A stretch of 64,000 nucleotides of DNA from assembly GCF_036971445.1 (NCBI RefSeq), contig NC_091478.1, positions 23,250,001 to 23,314,000 of the forward strand. The letters are read 5' to 3'. This DNA comes from Narcine bancroftii. Its lineage: Eukaryota. The position numbers and the translations under genes were made by a program. Below, piece by piece: positions 1-11,648 of the stretch; position 1 is the first letter of the stretch, and each line of letters begins with the position of its first letter. The notes beneath the pieces are model-generated. The model made no database searches. It saw only the letters and a program-made list of their open reading frames with translations, and was not told the DNA's origin.

Positions 1-130
1 CCCATGATTCGGAGCCGAACAGGAGTGTGGGTATGACAACGGCTCTGTATACGCTTATCTTTGTGAGGTTTTTCAGTTGGTTGTTTTTCCAGACTCTTTT
101 GTGTAGTCTTCCAAAGGCGCTATTTGCCTT
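1..130 (-). mobile_element. RTE-clade LINE RT C-terminal fragment (runs off window start)
   Basis: Minus strand reads approximately KANSAFGRLHKRVWKNNQLKNLTKISVYRAVVIPTLLFGSESW, typical of the RTE post-RT region. Confidence 0.75.
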
Positions 131-1129
131 CATAGAGCAAAGATAAAAGGCTAAAGCCCAAAATATTAGTTATGTATCTTTACCTTTGTTTTGTAAAGTA
201 CACTATTTGACCTGCTGAGTGTCTTCAGTATTGTATTTATACACATCCTCCTGCCCCCACCCCTGCAGCTGACAGATCTAACACTGCCAAATTCTCTTGA
301 CATTAAACCACTGCATTCAGTACGCCCTGGGTCATGGGATGCCACGTAACCGCTCCCTGTGTAGCATCGGGGCGCTGCCGTGGGTAGTGTTACTCCACAT
401 AGCAACAGGGGAATGATTGGGAGGATCACCTGTCCTCACTGATTGATACCCTGCATGATGTGGTTGCTGAGTTAATTTTAAAAGGGTGCAAGCTCAATGG
501 AATTTTAAGAGCTCAAAACAAAATGGTGGTGTTTCCAACAAGGTTCAGTAGCATCCACCCAAATCCAAAACTGAGGCTCAGGGTCCACGATAGCAATCGT
601 ACAGCACTGGAGCAGGCCCTTCGAATCACCAAGACCACGCTGACGATTCACCACCCATCGCACAAATTCCACGCTTCTCTCCTCGTATTGCTACCAACTG
701 CGCCTCATGATTCTACCTTCCGGGGGCAATTTACCGTTATTGATTAACCTACCAATGCGCATGCCTTTGGGATTAAACTGGAGTACCCAGAATGGGTGGG
801 GGATGGGGGGGTGAGAGAGAGACCCTGGAGAAAGTGCACACAGACTGCACCTGCAGGCATGATGGAACCAGGGTCTCTGGCACTGAGAGTCAGTAGCTCC
901 TCTAGCTGCCCTAAACTCTCTCATCTCTGCAAATTCCAACAGACTTCTCAGGCTGGATCTCCCCTGATGTCTTCGCCCAGTGATGTGAACCAAACACATT
1001 AAGTATCTTTGGATTTTCATGAGCTTCACACAAATTTCCTAACCTTGAGTAAAAGAGGTGAAATTTTCCAGAGAGTAAACCTGTTGGATGCATCCCACTG
1101 TAATCCAAGGAGATTCTGGATAAGATTAC

Positions 1130-2115
1130 CTCCTTGTTAATATCTTCTGGACCCTCTCCAGCCCTTCCGATGATATGGAAAACTGCTCACGGTGCTCCAA
1201 ATGTGGTGTGACTGAAGCCTTTTAAAGTCTCAGCATTACATCTTTGCTTTTACAGTAAAATTACTGTTATCCAGAATTCAAACAATTGACCAGCAAATAA
1301 CCAGCAAAGAACTTGTGAAAAAGAAATAGGTAAAAAAAACGAAGGTTTAAATTTGGCTCCCCCCACCCCTCCCCTCGGTGGTCAGTTCATCAATCACTCA
1401 ACACAATTTCAAGCAAACGGAAAATTCACTTATCCGGCATCTACCAATCCCCATAGGTGCTGGATATCAGGGGTTTTACTGTATATGCTAGTCCTCTTAA
1501 AAGGACTGCTGACATTGTATTTCCCTTACTTATAACCAACTCGACCTGCAAGTTACCCTTTAGGAAATCCTGCATTAGGATTCCCAAATCCCTTTGAACC
1601 TGTGCTTTAGAATTCTCTTCCTGCATAGAAATAGTCTATTCTTTCTACAAAAGTGCATGATCTTCCTCATCCCTATGCAATATTTCATCTGCCACTTTTT
1701 TGTCCTTTTCCTACAACTTAGACAAGTCCTTCTGCAGATTCCCTGCTTCCTCAACACTACCCACCTATCTTCATATCATCCGAAAACTTGGCCATCAATT
1801 CCATTCTGAATCATTTACATATAAAATGAAAAGTAGAGAACCCAACACCGACCCCCGCAGAACACCACTAGTCACTGGCAGCCAAGCAATAAAGGCCTCC
1901 TTTATTCCCACTCTTTACCTTCTGCTAGTCAGCCAATCTTCTACCCAAGCTGGAACCTTGCGTAATATCAAGGACTCTTGTTTACCAACCTTGTGTGACA
2001 CCTTATCAAAGGCCTTCTGAAAATCCAAGTAAACAACATCCACTGGCTCTATTTTGTCTATCTTGTTGCTTCCTTAAATAATTCCATCAGATTTCTCAGA
2101 CAAGATCTCCCCTGA
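1130..2115 (-). mobile_element. CR1-like LINE ORF2 fragment
   Basis: Antisense CR1 RT/3' motifs, e.g. VQRDLGILMQDFLKGNLQVELVISK in ORF 1441..1626(-) and WQMKY in ORF 1575..1757(-). Confidence 0.75.
1253..1481. mobile_element. Tc1/mariner (Tigger-like) MITE inserted in CR1
   Basis: Terminal inverted repeats CAGTAAAA...TTTTACTG flanked by TA on both sides (1251-52, 1482-83). The same family occurs at ~20094-20296 and ~53661-53844. Confidence 0.8.
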
Positions 2116-3930
2116 AGTCTTTGTCCATTGATATAAACCAAACATATCAAATATCTTTGGATTTTCTTGAGCTTCATATACATTTCCTAACCTGGACTAA
2201 TAAATGAAACTTCCCAGAATGTAAACCGGTTTGGATGCATCCCACTGTAACCCAGGGAATTCTGGATAAAATAAAATCCATTCTTTGTTCCTGTTTTCTG
2301 GCACCAAGAATCTCAAATTGTAGTAATTCTTGAAACCCACCATGACCATTCACTCAGTCTATTGCTGTAATCTCCTACAATGCTCAGAGTACTTCTCTGT
2401 CTCTCTCTCCTTGAGTTCTTGTAAAGGGTCCTGATTTGAAACGACCACGGACCTTCCCTTCCTATGGAGTCTCCCTGAGTCCCTCCAGCAGCTCACGATT
2501 CCAGCATTTGCAGATCGTTTCCTCCCCTTTCACACCTCTATCTTTTTAACCCTTGCAGCCCTAATGTCAAGAATCCCGTCGTTCTCTTAATTTTTCCCCC
2601 TTTGAGATGCTCCAACGAAACCTTCCCTTTCCTCCCTTTAATGGTTTAAGGCAGCTTGAAAGAGGTGGACAGGCAGAGAAAAGATTAATATATTTAAGTG
2701 TGAAGCATCTTGATAGACCAACGATGTCTTGATATGCTTTCAGGTCGAACCATCAGCCATTCCTCTTTTTTTTCAGGTGTTAGAGCAGAATTGAGCCATC
2801 ATGGCTGATTTACTATCCTTTTCAACCCCAATCTCTTGCCTCTCACCATAGCCCTTGATTCCCATCCCAATCAAGAACCTATCTACCCTCTGCCTTAAAA
2901 TCTACCCAATGACTTGGCCTCTGCAGCAACTAATTCCATAGATTCACCACCCTCAGGATAAAGAAATTCCTCCTCATCTCTGACCTAAAGCGACAAATTT
3001 ATATTCTGAAGCTTTTCTCCCATTGATGCTCCTCGACCTGCCGAGTTCCTCCAGCGGATTCCTTTTTGCTCCAGATTCCAGCATCTGCAACCTCCTGTGT
3101 GTCTTGTATACAAATGGAAGTTGTGTTTCAAGATATTACTTTGCTGTCATCTGGGCACCTGGATTTATTATGGCACTTTTTATACACCAGGACAATTCGC
3201 AGGTATGGATTTGACCAAGAGAGATGCAAAGCTTTGTTATCCAGATAGTTGATTGATTTTAAAAATGGTCAGAGTCTGAAAAGAGGTAACTAAGGGAGGA
3301 GAAGTTTCTGGGGCCAGTAGAACAGCTGCCCCACTGAGTAGGATTCTTTCCTGAACTCCTGTCTGCGGAATTTGCCTGTTTCTCTCTGCACAAGTGTACT
3401 CTGGTTTCCTCCCACATTCCAAGGACCTGTCCAGCTGTTAGGTACTTGGCTCCTGTAAACTGTACATAGCCTGTGGGATCAGTGATGGAATCTGAGGCAA
3501 GTTGAGGGGAAAGTTTGGAGAATAAAATTTGAGTCATGCTGATGGAAACTTCCTGCCCTTTTCCCATTACCCTTTGATTTTTTAAAAATCCAGAAATTTA
3601 TCAATCTCTGCTTCTAATCCAATGGTTCTTAAACCATTTTCCCCCACTCACAAACCACTTTAAGTTGTCTCTTACTAACCACAGAGCACCTAGAGCATAG
3701 GATGCCAGAGGTGCTCTGTGGTAGTAAGGGATTATTTAAGGTGGTATGTCAATGGGAGGGAAAACAGGGTTGAGAGCCACTAATCCAATCATTGTCTGAG
3801 CCTCCATAACTGTGTGGGGACAGAGAATTCTAAACATTCACCACCTCAGTTCTAAATGGCCAACCCAGAATAAAGTCGTTTGAAATCCTGGTGATTCTAT
3901 CAAACGCTTGTGTGGAGTCGGTAGAAGAAT

Positions 3931-4050
3931 ATCTCAAAATAAAGATAAGGGAATAACTTTTGAAAGTAAAATTCAAAGGAAAAAGATCTCAAAATAAAGA
4001 TAAGGGAATAACTTTTGAAAGTAAAATTCAAAGGAAAAAGGTCTCAAAAA
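3931..4050. repeat. 55-bp tandem duplication (2 copies plus partial)
   Basis: atctcaaaataaagataagggaataacttttgaaagtaaaattcaaaggaaaaag occurs twice in tandem. Confidence 0.9.
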
Positions 4051-4282
4051 TCACCATTAACGCCTTATTTGAAATGTATGAATTTAGTAATATCTTAAAC
4101 TGCTGTATGTATTTTTTTCTCTTTTTAATGCTTCCCTTGTGGGGTCTGTTGAGGGTGGGGGGAGTGGGGGGAGTGGGTGGGATAGTTGTAGTTCTCAATT
4201 TTATATTATGGATTTTGTAAAAGAATTTGTTTTGAAAATATTAAATAAAGTTTTTTAAAAAGAAAAGAAAATCACCATTAAC
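4047..4282 (+). mobile_element. Short 5'-truncated poly(A) retro-insertion (L1-type 3' UTR) with 15-bp TSD
   Basis: AAAATCACCATTAAC at 4047-4061 and 4268-4282 flanks a G-rich, AT-rich insert ending in AATAAA and an A-rich tail. Confidence 0.8.
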
Positions 4283-4379
4283 CACAAATTTATTGAGCAG
4301 TAAAAGATCAAAAATTGGTTAGTAAGATTTGATGAATATACTGTATAATATTTGTCAAATATTTCATGCAAATATTTAC

Positions 4380-5590
4380 TTTTTTAAAACATTTTTATTG
4401 AGTCCAATATAATCTCATATACATGTTGGATTAATATAACAAAACATAATGTATACCTATTACTTGTCAAAATTCACTAATTAACAATTTTCATTAATAA
4501 TTATTGATCAATAGTTAAAAGGAAAATGAATTACATTATAAGGAATCTGCTCATAACTTGGTATAATATTATGTTATGGTCTAGGACCTATAAGCTATAA
4601 TGTATCAACTTATTTTTTTTAAAAAGGCAAGAAAAAGGGGGGGAAAAAGAAAACTAATGCTAATTGAACCTTCCCTCTAATCAAGGTTACTTATAAAGGC
4701 AAACAAAGAGAAGAGAAAAAACATCGCTACCTCCAGAAGCCAGCTAGAGCAGCCAAACCGCCTAAAACTGCCAACCGTGGTAATAATCTATGAATGGACC
4801 CCATGTCTTTTCAAACTGGAACTTTTTACCTTTAATTTATTTATAAATATTTATTAATAATTTTTTTAATTTTGAACAATTGTCAATTAAATTTAAGTTT
4901 TTTAATAGTCATTTTTTAGATATTTGCAAGTTAGACACTATCCAATCTAAGCTACAGGATTTTTCTCAAACTCTTGATATTTTTTTGATTTGCATTTTGT
5001 TCACAGTGGGTTAATATCACGTATTTACAATAATTTGCTGGACTAACCTCAATGTTTAAGATTAAAAATGACTGAGAACGGGATCGTAATATATCCTTCT
5101 CAGATGAGGACTGGCATACTGGGAATGGGATCGTAATATAACCTTCTCAGCTGAGGAATGGTATGCCACTCTTCCTTGATTAATGATTTGTCATTTTGAG
5201 CTAAGCATTGTTTATTACAATTTAAAGTGGTGCACAGAATACATATGTCCAAACTTAAATTACCTTGTTTTTATGTAGATATTGATCATGTTTTGGACAT
5301 GTCTCAAAATAGGAAGATTCAGAGAGAACATTTTTCAATCTTTATCAACAATTTTTAAGATTTTAATTGCCTTGTTTGGCTTTATTCACGATCCAACTGT
5401 ATCGTTGCTGGTATCTCAAGAGAAGGTTTTAGCTTTTATTACTGATAGCCAGACGAGGGGGTTTAATGAAGTGGAATGATGGACTTCCACCAAATGGGCA
5501 GTGGCTACATGGTGTAATGGCATATTTAAGTTTGGAAAAAATTAGATACAATATCAAACATGCAGGTATTTACTATAAACTTCATAAGCT
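4380..5590. mobile_element. Old L1/Tx1 3' fragments (antisense 3' end ~4380-4830, sense zf-RVT region ~4950-5590)
   Basis: T-run plus tttattg at the left. A degenerate HMFWTC-like motif (ORF 5282 IMFWTC) and LEKIR-type C-terminus on plus. Contains a 47-bp tandem duplication at 5071-5167. Confidence 0.55.
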
Positions 5591-5599
5591 TTGGAATTG

Positions 5600-8500
5600 G
5601 GAGCATTGATCAATGAGCAGTGTTGAAGGTTTTTTATGGCAATTAACAGTCAATTTTTTTGAGAATGATCACAGTGCATTGGTTTTCACTAATTTGTTAC
5701 TGGATTTATGTGGTCATGGAGGAATTTCACTGTCGTTACCTAAAAGAAGGGCAAATGGACATGGAAATGGACAGAATGGGAAGAATGGGAAAGATGGGAA
5801 GGAGGAGGGTTTGACACACAGTCCTAGTGATGTTGAGGATTTGAATCAATCTTTGGGACTAGAGTCCCAGGGTTGAATATATTAATGATGAATTACATTC
5901 TTATATATATTGTATTTCTGGCTGGGGGGAGGTGGTTGGCACTGATATCTTTGATAGTCATCTGCCACTGGTGGGGTGTTCCACACCCAGTTTTTTTAGG
6001 GAATTACTACCTTTGGGTGTTTTTTTTCTCTTTTTTGAGGGGAATTAATTGTATTCCTTTTCATATTAACTTTTTTATAACATTAGGGGAGGGAGAGTAG
6101 ATTTTGTTTATTAACAGGAGAACATTTTTTATATTATGTGCTTGTATTGATAGTTTATTAGAATGTTTAGTTTAAAATTTGCAACTTTTAATGTTCAGGG
6201 ATTAAATAATCCAATTAAGCAAAAGTGAGTTTTAGCTTATATTAAGAAAATGAATATTGATATTGCGTTTTTACAAGAAACACATTTGACTGAAAAAGAA
6301 CATTTGAAATTGAAAAGAGATCGGGTTGGTCATTTTTTTTTCCTTCATTTAACTCTAAGGCAAAAGGTGTAGCGATTTTAGTTCATAAGAATTTATCTTT
6401 TGAGTTGCAGACTGTAGAGGGGAATGCTGGGAGGGTTTTAAAAGTGGACTGTAAAATTTTTAATTAATTCTGGACTTAATATCTATGCACCTAATGTAGA
6501 TGATGAATGTTTTATTTCAGACACTTTTTTGTTATTAAGTCATGCTAATGAAAATTTTTTAGTTGGGGGAGATTTTAATTGTGTTTTAGATCCATTAATG
6601 GATAAATCCCCAAAATGTATCAGAAAATCAAAGATGGTGATACAAATTGGGGCTTTAATGAAAGATTTAAATTTGGTAGATGTTTGGAGAAGGATTAATC
6701 CTACAGAGAAAGATTTTTCTTTTTATTCTTCTAGGCATGATTCCTTTTCTAGAATAAATTTTTTTAAATATCAGCACATTTACAGGGAAAGGTATTGCAG
6801 GCAGATTATAAAAGTAGAGTAATATCTGATCATTCTGTATTTTTTTTTCTTATGAAAGTTCGGAGGTGTTACGTCCATCTTATAGATGGAGGTTTAATAC
6901 ATTATTGTTGAAAAAAACCTGAGTTTGTTGCTTTTGTTAAGAAACAGATTGATTTTTTTTTTAAATACCAACACCAACAAATCATGGAGCAATCCCTTTA
7001 AGTGAAAGCCAGATTGATTTTTTCTTAATGGAAAATGTTAAATCTGTTCAAAGTAGATTTGTAGTATGGGATGCGTTAAAGGCTTATTTAAGAGGGCAAA
7101 CAATTAGTTACACTACTAAAGTTAAGAAAGGGTATATGGCTGAAAGTATTAAATTAGAAAAGCAGATTGATGAATTGGAGAAGGAATTTCAGAAGGGAAT
7201 AACATGCTTCGGATAATATTCTTCAACTAATTAGTTTGACCAATGCATACCGACAGCAGCCCAAACATCCAGTGGTGGTTGCACTTGATGTGGAAAAAGC
7301 TTTTGATAGGGTCGAATGGAATTTTTTATTTAAGAAAAATTTGGCCCTTTTTTTTTATTGGCTGGGTTAGAGCTTTATATACAAACCTGACTGCTAGGGT
7401 GGTGACAAATGGACAGAATTTGTCATCATTTAAATTAACACATTCTATTCAACAGGGTTGTCCATTGTCACCGGTCCTATTTGTGTTGGTCATTGAACCG
7501 TTAGCTCAATTAGTTTGGCAAAATGAGCAGATACAAGGGATGAGAGTTTTGGATGAAGAGTATAAGATTTTTTTTTTTGCAGATGATGTTTTGATATACT
7601 TAACAAATCTGGAACAATCTTTGCCACATTTACGGGAATGTTTATTACAGTATGGATCATTATTTGGGTATAAAGTTAATTGGGATAAAAGTGAAATTTT
7701 ACTGGTAGGTGAAGGAGATTATTCAGTTTATAAAAATGTTATTAATTTGAAATGGACAGATAGAATTAAATATTTAGGAATAATTGTGAATACTGAGTAT
7801 CCAATCTTTATATAAATTAAATTATGTTCCATTGTTGAAAAAGATAAAACCAGACTTAATTAAGTGGAAAGACCTTGCGTTAACTTTAATTGGCCGGGTT
7901 AATTGTATTAAAATGAATATTTTTCCACGTATTCAATATTTGTTTCAATCAATACCGTGTATTCTTACAAGGAATTTTTTCCAGGATTTAAATAAAGCTA
8001 CTGGGGAATTTTTATGGAAAGGTAAATTTAACATTAAATAAGCTTTCTTGGAAGTACGCATTAGGTGGATTGCAATTACCTCATTTTCAGAATTATTATG
8101 AGGCAGCCCAACTTAAATTTATTCGTGGTTTGATGGATTTTGATCAATTTCCAAGTTGGGCTAAAGTTGAGATGGCATGTATTTCTGAAACTGCAGTACA
8201 TCAATGTATATTTCGGTGGAATATAGATTTATTACGGGAGTATAATGTGCCGATATTAAAACATCTATTGATGTTATGGACAAAAAAGAATCAGACTATA
8301 GGATCAAAAGGTAAATTATCTATTTTAACGCCATTATATAATAATCAGCTTATTTCTTTTTCATAGTTTAATAGTCATTTAAAGAATTGGGATTTTAAGG
8401 GTATAAAAATATTGCAGGATTGTTTTGTAGAAGGTCAATTTCTTTCTTTTACTCAATTGAAAGAGCGTGTTGATATTGCTGAAGCTTCATTATTTGTTTA

Positions 8501-9393
8501 TTATCAACTTTGGTCACTGGTAAAAGAAAATGTATGGTAGAGAGATGGTTTTACCTGTATTGTCGGAGTTTGAGTCTTTGATTTCTTCTATTGCCTAAAA
8601 ATGGTTATATTTCTGTTATGTATCAAGTGTTACAAGATAATATGGACAAGTTGGAATGGGGAGAAATCTAAGTTTAACTTTTGTTTTTCCTGAAGATTAC
8701 TGGATGGATATGTGTCATGAGAGTGTTACGAGATTGACAAATGCATGATATGGAATGGTTAATTATAATTTTTTGCATCAGTTATATTTAACTCCTGAGA
8801 AATTGAAAAAATATGGCTTTAGTAATTCAGATTCTTGTTTTCGATGTGGTACGTGTGTTGGAACTTTTTTACTTGCTGTTTGGTCTTGTATGTATGTACA
8901 ACCATTTTTGGAAGAAATTAAGTCAATTTTGGAAATGTATAAGATTAAATTACCATTAGATCCATCTTTTTTTTACTGGCTTATGTGATTCCTTTAAAGG
9001 GATTGGGGTTGGATACATTTCAAATCGCATTTGTATATTTGGCGTTGTCCATAGCTTGAAAATGTATAGCAAGTACATGGAAGGATAATACAGTGATTAG
9101 TATAATGTGATGGCATAATGAGATGAAAGCTTGTATTGTTATGGATAAAATTTCTTACGTTTTGCATGATAATAAGTGGTCATTATATTTGGAATATATA
9201 CATTTAGAGGTACTTGATTTATTTTATGTTTTTTATATATATTCCTTTGGCTCTCTTTAAGAGAGCTGGCTGAAGGGGTGGGGGGGGGTTCTTTTTTTCT
9301 CTCTTTATTTTCATATATAAAAAAATTTTGTTGTGAAGTGTATTTTGTATGTTTACCAAAAATTTTTCAATAAATAAAGTTTGGGAAAAAAAA
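5600..9393 (+). mobile_element. Degenerate L1-clade LINE: ORF1 C-terminus plus ORF2 (APE, RT, zf-RVT), 3' UTR and poly(A)
   Basis: APE start near 6162 (ATFNVQGLNNPIK, FLQETH, VGGDFN), RT motifs QQGCPLSP and FADD, CFRC...VWSC zinc knuckle, AATAAA ~9368 and A-run ~9386. Many frameshifts and an internal deletion near 7200. Confidence 0.92.
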
Positions 9394-9394
9394 G

Positions 9395-9570
9395 GATGCT
9401 GGGGGGAACTCAACTGATCTTCTAGTGTCCATAGGAGGTAAAATATATTGCTGACGTTTCAGGCCTGAGCCCTTCCTCAAGGTGTGAGCAAAAACCAGAC
9501 AAGACTGGCTACCTTCCTCCAGCATTCCTTTTTTTAAAAAAAACTACAATTACAGCATCTGCAGACTTTC
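9395..9570 (-). mobile_element. Penelope-derived non-autonomous repeat with hammerhead-like core
   Basis: Inverted ends (aggatgctgg.../...ccagcattcct). Minus strand 9482-9451 reads CCTTGAGGAAGGGCTCAGGCCTGAAACGTCAG. Confidence 0.6.
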
Positions 9571-9879
9571 ATGTTTTACTACTTTCATTTTCAAGATCCT
9601 TTCTGGGATGGGCTCCCTTGTGGACCAAGCCAAATTAACCACTGATAGGTAATGTCCTCACTCCATCATGTGTAAACCCATTTAACCCAATATTGGTGAA
9701 AACATTTTGGTGCTGTTTTCCAGTTGCTCATCAATAATAAAAGCTCTGAATGCACTTTGAACAGATAAGGTCATGCAAAAGTATGAATGTGCACGATTGG
9801 TAAATATGGGGCTCATTAGTTCATAGTTGCTTTCATTTCCTCCCTCCACCCACCAGGGACAGGACAGAACAGTGTCTAC

Positions 9880-11240
9880 CGAGGCAAATGTGGGTAGGGT
9901 TCAGAAATTTAAAAAAGGGGCAGTCACTCCAATAGAGCTAAAGTGTAGGCCTCCCACAAGCCACTGGAAGGAAGAAGAACAGATATTTAGACAAATTCTG
10001 GAAAGTAGTAAGAACTACAGAGTTATCGTAGTGGGAGTCTTTAATTTCCCCAATATTGACTGGGACATTCTTTGTGTCAGAAGCTGAAATGGGGCAGAAT
10101 TTGTTAAGTGCATCCAGCAGACCTTGTTGAACTCACATGTAGATAGCCAACCAGGAAGAAGGCCTTACTTGTATTGTCACATGTCCAGTCAGATGGTCAG
10201 AGTTTCAGTGGGGGAGCATTTTTAATCCCTCTTAGCTTTCAATTAACAGAGCGGTAGGGTATTATTTGGGCTGGAGGCCTGTGGCCATTGGAGTTCTGTA
10301 AGTATTGGTGTTGGGACCCCTGACATTTGTGACGAGCATAAGTGACTTGGATGAAAATGTGGATGGGTGGGTCAGTAAGTTTGCAGATCATACAACGATT
10401 AGTAGAGTTGTGGACCTTGTAGAGGGCTACAAGAATACAACGGGATATTGATTCATTATAGATATGAGCAGAGAAATAGCAGATGGAGTTTAATCTGAGC
10501 AAGTGTGAGGTGTTCCACTTTGCAAGGTTAAATGTATGCAGTTAATGGTAGAGCTCTTAAAAGAATTGATGTGCAGAGGGATACGGGGGTCCAGGTCTGT
10601 AGCTGTTTGAAAAGTGGATAGGGTGGTAAAGAAGGTGTATGTTATGCTTGATGAAGGGCTTAAGCCTGAAACATTGGTTCTGCATATAACCATATATCTT
10701 TATCTTTGCTATATAAAGGACACTGTTTGACCTGCTGAATTTCTCCAGCTTTGTTTTTACTTCAGCCACGATGTCTGCAGACTTTTTTGTTTTACATATG
10801 TTATGCTTGGGTTCATTAGGTGAGGCATTGAATCTAAAAGTAAGGAGATCTTGTTGCAGTGATGTAAAATTTTGGTTAGGCCACTCTTGGAATACAATGT
10901 GCATTTCTGGCTGCCCCATTTCAGAAAGTATGTGCAGGCTTTGGAAAGGGTAGAGAAAAGGCCCCAGGAGGATGACTGGCTTTGAGGGTAGGAACTATGG
11001 ACAAACTTTTTTTTGTTTTCTCTGGACCATCAGTAGCTGAGTGGAGGTTTGATAGAGGTGTATAAAATCATGAGAGGTGGAAGGCATGCGTTTAAGGTGA
11101 AGGGAAGGAGGTTTAAGGGAGACGTATGGGGCAAATTATTTACACGGAGAGCAGTAGGTGCCTGGAATGGGCTGCCAGGAGTAGTAGTGGAAGTAGATAC
11201 AATAGTAGCATTTCTGAGGTTTCTAGACAGAATATGAAAT
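9880..11240 (+). mobile_element. CR1-like LINE fragments (APE, RT, 3' end), interrupted by a Penelope-derived repeat at ~10645-10790
   Basis: VVGVFNFPNIDW (APE), a KFAD-type RT motif near 10375, and IEVYKIMRG...FTRRAVGAWNGLP (CR1 C-terminus). Confidence 0.75.
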
Positions 11241-11370
11241 AGACTGAAGGATGCCTGTCAAGAGCAAGCAGTGAGTTCTAGTTTGTTTTTGACATGGTTC
11301 AGAAAAGGCACGTGGGCTGAGGGTCTGATGCTGGGCTGTACTGTTCGGTGGCCAGTGAGGCAATTTTCTA

Positions 11371-11648
11371 TCATTCTTCCAATCCACAGTCTTTCCTTGC
11401 CTTTCTGGACTTGAGCTGGACTTTGAATCCATTTGGCTGCTGGATAATCCCAAATTCTACTTTAAATTCTGTGAGTTGATGTCCAGGTGGTGATTCCACG
11501 CTGAAGCGCTGAAGAAATAAGGCGCAGAAGAGGAAAAGTTGCATCTTGGTCAGGTTCTCTCCAAGGCAAGCTCTGGGGCCGGCACCAAAAGGCAGGAAGC
11601 TCAGTGAAGGAGAGTGGATGTGCAACCCTTCTTCATTCAAAAAACGCG
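11371..11648 (-). CDS. CYP17A1: CYP17A1-like exon 8 (heme-binding Cys, stop)
   Basis: Acceptor ttattccag, then (T)[39 protein letters not shown]...DCGLEE*; TAG at 11373-11371. Confidence 0.95.

Larger units (their letters stand above)
930..2272. repeat. Diverged direct repeat pair (~930-1125 and ~2080-2272)
   Basis: Both copies share ...gatctcccctga...aaccaaaca...tatctttggatttt...ttggatgcatcccactgtaa...ttctggataa. Roughly 80% identical by eye. Confidence 0.8.

Noticed and set aside
166-429. Minus-strand ORF with a signal-peptide-like start (ILPIIPLLLCGVTLPTA)
   Set aside because: Starts at GTG, has no recognisable homology, and runs into a Penelope-derived repeat; not supportable as an exon.
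10900-11370. Poly(A) signal for the CYP17A1-like gene
   Set aside because: No clear minus-strand AATAAA seen shortly after the stop, and the region is CR1-derived, so the 3' end is left uncalled.
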